Notes under the pieces: generated by a model | Seen by the model: the letters and a program-made list of their open reading frames with translations, nothing else | What the model was told of the DNA's origin: nothing | The model's database searches: none | DNA from: an uncultured Gemmatimonadaceae bacterium | GTDB lineage: Bacteria > Gemmatimonadota > Gemmatimonadetes > Gemmatimonadales > Gemmatimonadaceae | DNA: 64,000 nt | Reading direction: 5' to 3' | Assembly: GCA_963817955.1 (NCBI GenBank) | Contig: CAWFQK010000001.1 | Span: 64,001-128,000 of the forward strand | Shown: piece after piece, positions 18,989-28,683 of the stretch | How the letters are laid out: each line of letters starts with the position of its first letter | How positions within the stretch are numbered: position 1 is the first letter of the stretch | Made by a program: the position numbers and the translations under genes

Positions 18989-21592
18989 ATGGCAACACGC
19001 CAGACACTTCCAGTCCTCCCGCTTCGGGGGACTGTCATCTTCCCGGGCCTCACCGCGCCAATCGCGGCGGGACGGCCGGGTACGCTGCGCGCGATCGAGT
19101 CGGCCCTCAAGGGCGAGCGGCTCGTCTTTGCCGTCGCACAGCGCGATAATACCGACGAACCCACGCCCGACATCCTCTATTCCATGGGCGTCATCGCGCG
19201 GATCGGCCAGATTCAGCGCGGACTGGGCGGCGTGCAGCTCCTGCTCCAGGGTGAGGAGCGCGCCACGTCGCTCCAGTACACGACCACTGAGGGGTTCCTG
19301 AGTGCGGTCGTCATGCCCGTCGAAGAGATGAAGCCGGTCAGCGAGAATGATCCGGCGTTCGTCGCTCTGCACAAGGAATTGCGTGAGCGCGCCGCGGAGC
19401 TCGGCGAGCGACGCGGGCTTCCCGAAGAAGTCGTGCACCAGGTGCTCGACGCCGTTACCGATCCGGGCCGGTTCGCCGACCTCGTGGCCGGCTACATCGA
19501 GCTCCAGCCCGCCGAAAAGCAGGGGCTGCTCGAGACACTCAGCGTCGAAGAGCGCCTCCGCCGTGTTCTCGTGCATGTTCAGAAGCAGATCGGCATGCTC
19601 GAGATGCAAGAGGAGATCAAATCGCAGGTCCAGGAGGAGTTGGGCGAACGGCAGCGCGAGATGTACCTCCGCGAGCAAATGAAGGCCATTCAAAAAGAGC
19701 TCGGCGACGACGATCAATCCAAGGAGATCGGCGAGCTGCGCGAGAAGTTGCTCAAGCTCGATCTGCCCAAGGATGCGCGCACCGAAGTGGAGCGCGAAAT
19801 CGGACGCCTCGAACGGTCCGGTCGTGAGTCCATGGAGGCACAGGTCATTCGTACCTACCTCGAGTGGATCGCCGAGTTGCCGTGGAGCAACCGCTCCGAC
19901 GACAATCTCGACCTCACGCACGCACAGACGGTCCTCGACGATGATCACTACGGGCTACCCGATGTAAAAGACCGGGTGCTGGAGTTCCTCGCGGTGCGTC
20001 AGTTGCGCGCGCAGCAGATGGCAGACGAGCTCAAACAGACGGGCGAGATGTCCATCTCGAAGCTGCGCGCCACGAAGGAAGACGCGACGCCGCAGCTCGG
20101 CAACAGCGCCGTCGGAGACAAGCCAATCACCGACCCGAAAGAAGCCAAGGCTCGCGCCATGGCCAAGGGTCCGATCCTGCTCTTCGTCGGCCCGCCAGGT
20201 GTCGGCAAGACGTCGATCGCCAAGTCCATTGCTCGCTCGCTCGGACGCAATTACGTACGTGTCGCTCTTGGCGGCGCCCGCGACGAAGCGGACATTCGCG
20301 GTCATCGGCGTACCTATGTCGGCGCCATGCCCGGCCGCATCATCCAGGGCATGAAGCAGGGAGGCAGCAAGAACCCCGTGTTCCTGCTCGACGAAGTAGA
20401 CAAACTGGGTGTGTCGTTTCAGGGCGACCCGGCGAGCGCGCTCCTCGAGGTCCTCGATCCGGCGCAGAACGACAACTTCACCGATCACTATCTCGGTATT
20501 CCGTTCGATCTGAGCGAAGTGTTGTTCATCGCGACCGCAAATTTCCTTCAGCCCATTCCTGGGCCGCTGCTCGACCGGATGGAGGTGGTCGAATTCGCCG
20601 GGTACACGGAGCGCGAAAAGGCGGAGATCGCCAAGAAGTACCTGATTCCGCGTCAGCTGGAGGAGTCTGGGCTCGGCGACAAGAATGTGGCGTTCACCGA
20701 CGAGGCGGTGGCCGCGGTCATCAGCAAGTACACGCGTGAAGCCGGCGTGCGGCAGCTCGAGCGGCAGGTGGGCGCGGTGGCGCGGAAGGTTGCTCGCCGC
20801 ATCGCCAGCGGCGACAGCAAGATGATCGACGACGGGACGATCGACGCTGACGAGATACGCGAGTTACTCGGCCGTCCGAAGGTGCATCCGGAGCACGCCG
20901 CCGAGGAGAACGAAGTGGGCGTCGCGACGGGTATGTATTACACGCCGGCCGGCGGCGACATCATGTTCGTCGAGGCCGCTATTCGCCGGCTGTACAATTA
21001 CGGCCAGCGCTCGTCGGACGACGAGAAGACTCAGGTGAGCGGGTGGGGCAATGTGTCGCTCATTCTCACCGGCCAACTCGGCGACGTGATGAAGGAATCG
21101 GCACGCGCGGCAATGACGTACGCAGCGACCCATGCATCCACGTTGAACATTCCCGAGGATCGCCTTGGATCCATCGAGGTGCACATCCACGTGCCGCAGG
21201 GCGCCGTGCCCAAAGATGGTCCGTCCGCCGGCACCACGATGTCAACAGCGCTCGTCAGCGCCATGTCCGGGCGCCCCGTGCGGAAGGATGTGGCGATGAC
21301 CGGGGAGATTACGCTGCGTGGCCGGGTGCTCCCGATCGGCGGGGTGAAGGAGAAAGTGCTTGGCGCGCATCGGGCCGGCATCTCTACCATCATACTGCCC
21401 AAGGACAATGAGGCGGACATGGAGGACATACCGGAGGACGTTCGCAATCAGCTCACGTTCCATTGCGTCAGCACGCTGGACGAGGTGTTCCAGATAGCGC
21501 TCATGCCGGTCGAGGAGTCCGCCAACGCGCATCCGACCATGATGGAGACGATGGAGGAGAACGCAGGGTCGATGGTGGCGCAACACGCGTAA
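18989..21592 (+). CDS. lon: ATP-dependent Lon protease (endopeptidase La)
   Basis: LPVLPLR N-domain, DHYGL..VKDR, GPPGVGKTS, GHRRTYVGAMPG, LLDEVDK, catalytic PKDGPSAG and GGVKEK. Confidence 0.98.
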   Translation: MATRQTLPVLPLRGTVIFPGLTAPIAAGRPGTLRAIESALKGERLVFAVAQRDNTDEPTPDILYSMGVIARIGQIQRGLGGVQLLLQGEERATSLQYTTTEGFLSAVVMPVEEMKPVSENDPAFVALHKELRERAAELGERRGLPEEVVHQVLDAVTDPGRFADLVAGYIELQPAEKQGLLETLSVEERLRRVLVHVQKQIGMLEMQEEIKSQVQEELGERQREMYLREQMKAIQKELGDDDQSKEIGELREKLLKLDLPKDARTEVEREIGRLERSGRESMEAQVIRTYLEWIAELPWSNRSDDNLDLTHAQTVLDDDHYGLPDVKDRVLEFLAVRQLRAQQMADELKQTGEMSISKLRATKEDATPQLGNSAVGDKPITDPKEAKARAMAKGPILLFVGPPGVGKTSIAKSIARSLGRNYVRVALGGARDEADIRGHRRTYVGAMPGRIIQGMKQGGSKNPVFLLDEVDKLGVSFQGDPASALLEVLDPAQNDNFTDHYLGIPFDLSEVLFIATANFLQPIPGPLLDRMEVVEFAGYTEREKAEIAKKYLIPRQLEESGLGDKNVAFTDEAVAAVISKYTREAGVRQLERQVGAVARKVARRIASGDSKMIDDGTIDADEIRELLGRPKVHPEHAAEENEVGVATGMYYTPAGGDIMFVEAAIRRLYNYGQRSSDDEKTQVSGWGNVSLILTGQLGDVMKESARAAMTYAATHASTLNIPEDRLGSIEVHIHVPQGAVPKDGPSAGTTMSTALVSAMSGRPVRKDVAMTGEITLRGRVLPIGGVKEKVLGAHRAGISTIILPKDNEADMEDIPEDVRNQLTFHCVSTLDEVFQIALMPVEESANAHPTMMETMEENAGSMVAQHA

Positions 21593-21616
21593 CACGCCAT
21601 AGCCACGTTGGCCGCC

Positions 21617-21650
21617 GAGGGACCCGGGTGCTCGCGCAACCGGGTCCCTC
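21617..21650. terminator. Stem-loop after lon
   Basis: gagggacccgg...ccgggtccctc, 11-bp stem about 25 nt after the stop codon. Weak U-tract. Confidence 0.6.
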
Positions 21651-21710
21651 GCTGCACATTTAATGTCTTCCTCGCCTGTTCGCCGGCGCCTCTCCTCCAG
21701 GATTCCCCGC

Positions 21711-23351
21711 ATGCCCGCATCACATATCAAGTTCCGCCAAGCATTGATCGTGCTCGGCCTCGTTGCCGTACCCCTCGCTTCCGCACTCTCCCAACGTGGC
21801 GGCGGGCGCGGAAATCTCCCTTCAGCTCAAGCCCAAGCCCAGACAACCGACAGCGCCACGAGCAGTCGTCGCGGTGGTGGTACCAGCGGAATTCCCGCGT
21901 CGGCGCACGACATCGTGCTGATGACCGAAGCGCCGCCGGTCGTGACGCATCATGTGATCACCGTCCGCGGACAGACGATCAATTACACGGCGACTGCCGG
22001 CATGCTGCCCATCCGCAACGACCAGACGAATGCCGTCGAAGGCGGCATGTACTATGTGTCGTACACAAAGGACGGTGCGAACCCGTCGACGCGGCCGATC
22101 ACGTTTGCGTTCAACGGCGGACCTGGCTCGGCCACCGTATGGCTGCACCTCGGCGCCTTCGGGCCAAAGAAGGTTCGGCTCATGCCCGACGGGAACGCGC
22201 CGCCGCCGCCGTACGCGTTCGAAGACAACCCGAACACACTGCTCGACCAGACCGACCTCGTGTTCATCGACGCGGTCGGTACCGGCTATAGCCGCGCTGC
22301 TACCCAGGCTCTGGGTGCGCGCTTCTGGGGACTCGACGAAGACCTGCGCTCCTTCCAGGAGTTCATTCGTCTCTACCTCACGCGCTATGACCGCATGGGA
22401 TCGCCCAAGTTTCTGGCCGGCGAGAGCTACGGCACGCTACGCGCGTCTGGACTTTCTGGTCTGCTCGCGGACGACGGCATCGTGATGAATGGCGTGGTGC
22501 TGCTCTCGTCGGTGCTGGACTATCAATATTCGTCGCAGACGAAGGGCAACGACATCGCGTTCATCAACTTCATTCCGACGTACGCTGCAACGGCGTGGTA
22601 TCACAAGAAGTTGCCGGCCGAGTTACAGAAGCTACCGGTGGATCAAGTAGCGTCGCTCGCCGAGAAATGGGCCGTGAACGAGTACTCGACGGCGCTGATG
22701 AAGGGCAATCGCATCCCGCCGTCCGAGCGTCAGGCGACGATCGCGCAGATGTCGCGTCTCACCGGTCTCTCACAGGATCTGATCGGCCAGAACGATCTGC
22801 GCGTTCCACTCGGGACATTCGACGCCGAACTGCTGCGCGATCAACAGGTAACCGTCGGCCGTCTCGACGGACGCTTCACGGGGTTCGCGCCGATCACCAG
22901 CGGCAGGGGCGGCGGGTCGGGTGTCGGCGATCCGAGCGACGTGATCATCCGCAACACCTTCACGCCGGTGCTCACCGACTACACCCGTCGCGAGCTGAAC
23001 TACCGGAACGAAGACTTGTACTACATCCTCGGCGGCGGCATCGGCCGCTGGAACTACCCGCAGAACCAGTACGCGACAGTGGTGCCGAATCTCGAGCGCG
23101 CGTTTGCCAAGAACCGGTACATGCGCCTGTACGTGGCCGAGGGCTATTACGACGCAGCGACGCCGTATTTCGCGGTGGAGTACACGCTATCGCATCTCTC
23201 GATCGATCCGCGCGTGGCAAAGAACAACATCACGGTGGGCAGATACAACGCCGGTCACATGATGTACATCGACGAGCCGTCGATGGCGCGGTTACGGGCC
23301 GATTTAGAGAAATTCTATGAGGCAGCGACCAGGGTCGTGGCTACGCCGTAA
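21711..23351 (+). CDS. Secreted serine carboxypeptidase (peptidase S10)
   Basis: Signal peptide, FAFNGGPGS, D.VGTGYS, GESYG, GYYD.ATP, GHMMY. Alternative ATG at 21663. Confidence 0.93.
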   Translation: MPASHIKFRQALIVLGLVAVPLASALSQRGGGRGNLPSAQAQAQTTDSATSSRRGGGTSGIPASAHDIVLMTEAPPVVTHHVITVRGQTINYTATAGMLPIRNDQTNAVEGGMYYVSYTKDGANPSTRPITFAFNGGPGSATVWLHLGAFGPKKVRLMPDGNAPPPPYAFEDNPNTLLDQTDLVFIDAVGTGYSRAATQALGARFWGLDEDLRSFQEFIRLYLTRYDRMGSPKFLAGESYGTLRASGLSGLLADDGIVMNGVVLLSSVLDYQYSSQTKGNDIAFINFIPTYAATAWYHKKLPAELQKLPVDQVASLAEKWAVNEYSTALMKGNRIPPSERQATIAQMSRLTGLSQDLIGQNDLRVPLGTFDAELLRDQQVTVGRLDGRFTGFAPITSGRGGGSGVGDPSDVIIRNTFTPVLTDYTRRELNYRNEDLYYILGGGIGRWNYPQNQYATVVPNLERAFAKNRYMRLYVAEGYYDAATPYFAVEYTLSHLSIDPRVAKNNITVGRYNAGHMMYIDEPSMARLRADLEKFYEAATRVVATP

Positions 23352-23361
23352 CGTGGCGCCG

Positions 23362-25425
23362 TCAGTATAGACCCTTCGGGGGCCGCGCCGGCATGAATAG
23401 CGGTCCCCACTGCATCACCTTCCACGGATTATTCCTCAACTGCGCCGGCTCCGTGCCTGGAAGGAAGTACTCCACATACCGCTTGCCTGGCGGCGTCAGC
23501 GGCGTCGCGATCTGCCCGGTTTCGCGATCGAGCTCGGCATACACGAGCCCGTCCGGCGGTGGACCCCAGCCGCTGGTCGATCGGCCGCCGTAATAGCGGC
23601 CGATCATCTGGCCCCAGATGGGCGCGGCGAGACCGCCGCCGACCGCTCCCGCCGTAATCGTCTTTGGCCGATCGAAGCCGAGCCAGACGCCGGCGACCAG
23701 CTCCGGGGTGAGGCCGATGAACCACACGTCAACGTTGTCGTTTGTTGTGCCAGTCTTGCCAGCGATCGGAATGCCTTCCGGCACGGCACGTCGCGCGGCG
23801 GTTCCGCTGCCCCGCTCCACCACGTCCTTCATCATGTCGCGCACGATGAACGCCACACGTGGATCGAGCACCTGCTGCGGTGTCGACGGCGGACGCGCAT
23901 ACACGGCGCGTCCGGCAAGATCATCAATACGCGTCAGGAAGCGTGGCTGCACGACCGCGCCGTTGTTGGCGAACGCCGTGTAGGCCGCGACCAGGTCGAT
24001 CGGGTGCACCGCGGACGCGCCGATGGCGCTGGCCGGCACTGGGTCCATTGGCGGGTTGATGCCCAAGCGTTGCGCCAGCGCCGCGACGGAATCCATGCCC
24101 GCGCGCAGCCCAAGCTGGATCGCCACCATGTTGCGTGAGTGAATGAGACCCTCACGCATGGTCATGTTGCCGAGGAACTTCCCGTCGATTTCCGTGGGCT
24201 TGTATATGTCGCCTGTGATGAGCGGAATCTCGAGCGACGTATCCGGCACGATCGCGTTCGCCGGAATGCTATCCTCGATGGCCTTGGCGTACACGATTGG
24301 CTTGATGGACGATCCGGGCTGGCGCAGTGATACCGTGGCCCGATTGAACGGCGCGCGCATGTAGTTGCGGCCGCCGACGAGCGCGCGAACGTCACCCGTG
24401 TACGGATCGATCGCCACCGCCATACCCTGGAGGTAATCGGTCTCGTTTCCCTTGGCCGTCGCCTGCGTCAGATGGCCATAGCCCTTCTGCGCCTCGATCC
24501 TGTTGGTGCCCTCGATCAGGGCAGTGACGGCCTGCCGCTGGAGCGCCGGATCGAGCGTCGTATAGATGCGGTAGCCGCCGTTCATGACCGGGATTCCGGC
24601 GCGCTCGGCCTGCTGGCGCACGACATCGACGAAATAGCCCGCCGCCGCCGACATGCCCGCGTTGGGCGCAGTCACCACCGGCTCAGCCTTCGACTTCTCG
24701 GCGTAATCCGGCGTGATGAACCCCTGCTCCTCCATCTTGGTAAGAATCAGGTTGCGCCGATCGCGCGCACGATCCGGATGGCCGATGGGATCGTAGTACG
24801 GCTGCGATTTCGGCAAGCCGGCCAGTGTCGCCGCCTCGGCAAGCGTGAGACGCGACGCCGAATGGCCGAAGTAGTGCCGCGCACCAGCCTCGATGCCATA
24901 CCAACCACGGCCGAGGTTGATCTGATTGAGGTAGGCCTCGAGAATCTGGTCCTTGGAGTAGTGCTTCTCCATCTCGCGCGCCGCCGACTGCTCGCGGAAC
25001 TTGCGTCCGATGCTGATGTCGCGACGATCGATCAGGTCGGGATGCAAGTAGCCGACGAGCTGCTGCGTGATCGTGCTCGCGCCACCACGGTTCTCCCCGA
25101 GAACTTTGCCTTTGATGGCGCCAAGCACGCCGATGACGTCCACGCCGTCGTGCTGATAGAAGCGCTGGTCCTCAATGGCAATGAACGCTTGGGAGACGTA
25201 TTTCGGCAACGAGCGGAGCGACACACTGGTCCGCATCTCGCGCCCGACTTCGCCGATCAGCGTGCCGTCGCGGGCGAACACGAGCGATGACTGGGGCAAC
25301 TGGACCAGTTGCCACGCTTCACCAGTGCTGTGCGCGGTATCCTGGGCGCGCGCCGGCCGCGCGCTGGCGAACGCGATAGCCGCGAAAATGATGGGCCGCC
25401 GCGAGACGGCCATGAATTGCTTCAC
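23362..25425 (-). CDS. Class A penicillin-binding protein (PBP1A family)
   Basis: Transglycosylase motifs EDQRFYQHDG, GASTITQQL, RK..E. Transpeptidase motifs SSIK, SRN, KTGT. AGGAG RBS before the GTG start. Confidence 0.95.
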   Translation of the reverse strand: MKQFMAVSRRPIIFAAIAFASARPARAQDTAHSTGEAWQLVQLPQSSLVFARDGTLIGEVGREMRTSVSLRSLPKYVSQAFIAIEDQRFYQHDGVDVIGVLGAIKGKVLGENRGGASTITQQLVGYLHPDLIDRRDISIGRKFREQSAAREMEKHYSKDQILEAYLNQINLGRGWYGIEAGARHYFGHSASRLTLAEAATLAGLPKSQPYYDPIGHPDRARDRRNLILTKMEEQGFITPDYAEKSKAEPVVTAPNAGMSAAAGYFVDVVRQQAERAGIPVMNGGYRIYTTLDPALQRQAVTALIEGTNRIEAQKGYGHLTQATAKGNETDYLQGMAVAIDPYTGDVRALVGGRNYMRAPFNRATVSLRQPGSSIKPIVYAKAIEDSIPANAIVPDTSLEIPLITGDIYKPTEIDGKFLGNMTMREGLIHSRNMVAIQLGLRAGMDSVAALAQRLGINPPMDPVPASAIGASAVHPIDLVAAYTAFANNGAVVQPRFLTRIDDLAGRAVYARPPSTPQQVLDPRVAFIVRDMMKDVVERGSGTAARRAVPEGIPIAGKTGTTNDNVDVWFIGLTPELVAGVWLGFDRPKTITAGAVGGGLAAPIWGQMIGRYYGGRSTSGWGPPPDGLVYAELDRETGQIATPLTPPGKRYVEYFLPGTEPAQLRNNPWKVMQWGPLFMPARPPKGLY

Positions 25426-25550
25426 GTACGGACTCCTGTGGGACCGCTGATTGATAACCCGAAATCTAGAGGTTTGTTGTGATGACGATCCGGAAGGCGC
25501 GCTGGAACGGCGTGCTCGCCCCCCTGCCCCGGCTCCCTTACTCTTAGACC

Positions 25551-27386
25551 ATGCCTCCAGTTCTCCATCTCTCCATTGCGCAGGTAAAGCCCCGGAAAGG
25601 TGATTATCTCGGCAACCTCCAGCGGCTGGGCGCGTTGTTCAGCCAGCTCGACCAGCTCCAGCCGCGCCCCATGGTGCTGGCGCTCCCCGAGACGGCCCTC
25701 ACCGGATATTTCCTAGAGGGCGGCGTGCGCGACAACGCGGTCACGGCTGGCACCTTGGCCCGCGATCTCGACCAGGTCTACCGCCAGGCCGTCAGTTCGC
25801 CCAAACCGCTGGACGTGACCCTCGGCTTCTACGAGATCTGGAAGAACAAGTTGTACAACAGCGCCATGTATGTGACACTGGGTGCCGGCAAACCGCGCAT
25901 CCATCACGTGCATCGGAAGGTATTCTTGCCGACGTACGGCTTGTTCGACGAAGAACGCTTCGTGGAACGCGGGCGCGACGTCCGGGCCTTCGACACACCG
26001 TGGGGACGCGCCGCCATGCTCGTCTGCGAGGACGTATGGCACAGCATGACTGGCACCGTGGCGGCCATCGATGGGGCGCAAATCCTCTTTGTCTGCGCGG
26101 CACCGCCGTCGCGCGGCGCCTGGCCGAAATCCGACGGTGTGCCCGGGCCAGCGAGCGTCAGCCGGTGGGAGCGCCTCATTCGGGACACTGCCGACGAGCA
26201 CGGTGTGTTCGTCACGCTCGCTACGCTCGTTGGCAGCGAGGGGGGCAAGGTCTTTCCCGGCGGATCCATGCTGTCCGGCCCCAAGGGAGAAGTGCGCGGC
26301 CGCGCGCCACTGTGGGAGGACGCCATCCTCTCCGTGTCCATCGACCTGTCCGATGTGACGCGCGCGCGCGCCGACATGCCGCTCATTGCCGACCTCGAGA
26401 CGATGATGCCGCATCTGCGTGCAAGTCTCGACCAGGCGATGGCCGGTGCTCCTACGGCACTCCATTATGACGCAGAATCAGGAGAGCCGCAGCAAGGTGT
26501 CGTGTTCCAGCAGGACGCCAAGCCGACCGAAGGCATCACCGTCGTGCGCGTTACGCCCTCGCAGGAAGACGCGCCGGCGCCGCTCGCGATCGACGGCGCG
26601 CTCACCGAACAGTGGCTCGTGCAATTCATTCGCGACGAGATGTCGCGCCGCAAGTTCAACTTCGCAGTCGTCGGCGTGTCGGGCGGCGTGGACTCGGCCG
26701 TGACGGCCTATCTGGCTGCACGCGCGCTCGGCCCGGCAAATGTGCTTGGCGTTCGCATGCCGTACCGAACGTCGAGCACGGAAAGCCTCGATCACGCGCA
26801 GCTCGTGATCGACGCACTCGGCATCCAGACCCGGACGATCGATATCAGCGCGGCGGTAGATGGCTATCTGGCGAACGAGCCGGACGCCGAAGGCGGCCGG
26901 CGTGGCAACGTGATGGCGCGCATGCGCATGATCACGCTGTTCGATCTGGCCGCGAAGCATCACGGCGTTCCGCTCGGTACGGGCAACAAGACAGAGCGAT
27001 TATTCGGGTATTTCACCTGGCACGCTGACGATTCACCGCCAATCAACCCGCTCGGCGACCTGTTCAAGACCCAGGTGTGGGAACTCGCACGCCACCTGGG
27101 CGTGCCAGACGTGATCGTCAGCAAACCGCCCACCGCGGATCTCGTGGTGGGACAGACCGACGAAGGTGATTTCGGCATCAGCTACGCCAAAGCTGACGAA
27201 CTTCTCAATTGGCTGCTCAACGGCTACGGCCCTGCCGAGCTGATAGCGCGCGGATTCGACGAGCAAGAGATCGCAATCGTGAAGCGGCGCGTGGAGTCCA
27301 CGCACTGGAAACGGCGTCTCCCGACCGTCGCCATGCTCAGTTCGACGGCCATCGGAGAGAGCTACCTGCGGCCCGTGGACTACTGA
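25551..27386 (+). CDS. nadE: Glutamine-dependent NAD+ synthetase (nitrilase domain plus NadE domain)
   Basis: Nitrilase triad PET..TGY / HRK / CED, plus SGGVDS, GN..AR.RM, GTGNKTE, DLFKTQV, PPTADL..GQTDE. Confidence 0.95.
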   Translation: MPPVLHLSIAQVKPRKGDYLGNLQRLGALFSQLDQLQPRPMVLALPETALTGYFLEGGVRDNAVTAGTLARDLDQVYRQAVSSPKPLDVTLGFYEIWKNKLYNSAMYVTLGAGKPRIHHVHRKVFLPTYGLFDEERFVERGRDVRAFDTPWGRAAMLVCEDVWHSMTGTVAAIDGAQILFVCAAPPSRGAWPKSDGVPGPASVSRWERLIRDTADEHGVFVTLATLVGSEGGKVFPGGSMLSGPKGEVRGRAPLWEDAILSVSIDLSDVTRARADMPLIADLETMMPHLRASLDQAMAGAPTALHYDAESGEPQQGVVFQQDAKPTEGITVVRVTPSQEDAPAPLAIDGALTEQWLVQFIRDEMSRRKFNFAVVGVSGGVDSAVTAYLAARALGPANVLGVRMPYRTSSTESLDHAQLVIDALGIQTRTIDISAAVDGYLANEPDAEGGRRGNVMARMRMITLFDLAAKHHGVPLGTGNKTERLFGYFTWHADDSPPINPLGDLFKTQVWELARHLGVPDVIVSKPPTADLVVGQTDEGDFGISYAKADELLNWLLNGYGPAELIARGFDEQEIAIVKRRVESTHWKRRLPTVAMLSSTAIGESYLRPVDY

Positions 27387-27389
27387 CTC

Positions 27390-27797
27390 TCAGGCCGCTC
27401 GCGCACAGGCGAGGCTCACAGCCCGCCTGGCGCAACGCTTCAGGGCGCGGTGCACGGCGCGCGCATACGCTATGAAGTTGAGGCCAGCCCACGGATAGCG
27501 GGCGAAGAAATCCATCGGCAACATGTCTCCTTTCAGCCGGTTGCAGCGACCGCAAGCCAACACGACGTTGCCCGGGACGTGCGCGCCACCATGTGATAAC
27601 GGGAAAACGTGGTCGAGCGTCGCGAAGTCGAACTCCAGCGGCGAAGCACAGTACACACATCGCCTGCAGCAATCGCGCATCGCTGCGCGCTTTATCGCCC
27701 GCTTCTGATGTCCTGTGGGAAGAGACTTCGCCCGACGCATCGCGGTGCGCGGGACTCGGGGGAGGGAGACACGGTGAAATTGCCGACGTTGGGACAT
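27390..27797 (-). CDS. HNH endonuclease (McrA-like zinc finger) with basic N-terminus
   Basis: CVYC...TLDHVFPLSHGG....GNVVLACGRCNRLKG. GAGG RBS before ATG 27797. Confidence 0.9.
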   Translation of the reverse strand: MSQRRQFHRVSLPRVPRTAMRRAKSLPTGHQKRAIKRAAMRDCCRRCVYCASPLEFDFATLDHVFPLSHGGAHVPGNVVLACGRCNRLKGDMLPMDFFARYPWAGLNFIAYARAVHRALKRCARRAVSLACARAA

Positions 27798-27814
27798 GTC
27801 ACCTCGCTAAAGAG

Positions 27815-27856
27815 GCAACGCCCCGCCACGGGAAGATTCCCGTAGCGGGGCGTTGC
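27815..27856 (-). terminator. Long hairpin in the HNH 5' leader (attenuator/terminator-like)
   Basis: On the minus strand, gcaacgccccgctacggga-atct-tcccgtggcggggcgttgc forms a 19-bp stem with one G.U pair (a mismatch on the plus strand). It is followed by ctcttt and the RBS. Confidence 0.75.
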
Positions 27857-28046
27857 ACCGATCAGTGAAGAGCCGGCTACAGCGGAGACCAGACCACATA
27901 CGCCGCTCAGTGGTCGCGGCGCTCGACATGGTGCTCGATGTCGGACGAGTGGGCTCATTGGCCTTCGGTAGGGCGCATTGTTCACGCGCGCCATACAAAT
28001 GGGGTGTTCGCTCGCGTAGCGCAAGAGGAAATTGCGCCAAGAGTTG

Positions 28047-28607
28047 CTAAGTCGCGTCTCGTGTATTGTCATACGGTTCGAACAACAGCTCACCGTGTGC
28101 GCCCTCTTCTCCGTGCGATTGGCTGTCGTGGCGCAGATGTACCGATGCGTCAGGGCGCATGGGATCACGCAACGCCGAAATGATTCTCGCCGCGTACGCG
28201 TCGAGCACCGTGCGGTCGGGCATCTGCGAGGCATTGAACGGTAGCGGAATGGTGAACCCATCACCGTGGCGCCGCGGAATGATGTGTACGTGGTAATGCG
28301 GCTCGTCCTGCCCCGCTGCCGCGCCGCTATTCACCACGATGTTCATGTCGCTCGTCCCGCTCACCTGGCGCACCGCATTTGCCAGCATCATCGTGATCCG
28401 AAAGAGGTGCAACCCGAGCTCCTCTGGCACGTCCAGCAGCGATTCGTAGTGCTTGCGGGGCACGACAAGGACGTGGCCATTGTTCACAGGCTGAATGTCC
28501 ATGAAGCCGATTGCGTCCGAATCTTCATGGCAGATGGAGACCTCCGCCGCGCCCTGAATGAGGTCGCAGAAGGCGCAGCGGCTGAGCGGGCCGGACAGTT
28601 TTTCCAT
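28047..28607 (-). CDS. HIT family protein
   Basis: CAFC, DIQP...GHVLVVP, N.GAAAGQ..PHYHVHIIPR. Confidence 0.93.
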   Translation of the reverse strand: MEKLSGPLSRCAFCDLIQGAAEVSICHEDSDAIGFMDIQPVNNGHVLVVPRKHYESLLDVPEELGLHLFRITMMLANAVRQVSGTSDMNIVVNSGAAAGQDEPHYHVHIIPRRHGDGFTIPLPFNASQMPDRTVLDAYAARIISALRDPMRPDASVHLRHDSQSHGEEGAHGELLFEPYDNTRDAT

Positions 28608-28683
28608 GAGCCTGGAAAACGCATAGGGAATGCCACGGACGGCTGGCTTTAGCTGCGGGCCTGACCGGCCGACACTTACAGCA

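Noticed and set aside
27390..27797. HNH as IscB/Cas9-like or HEARO-type RNA-guided nuclease
   Set aside because: Only 135 aa, with no RuvC motifs or PLMP N-terminus, and no transposon ends seen.
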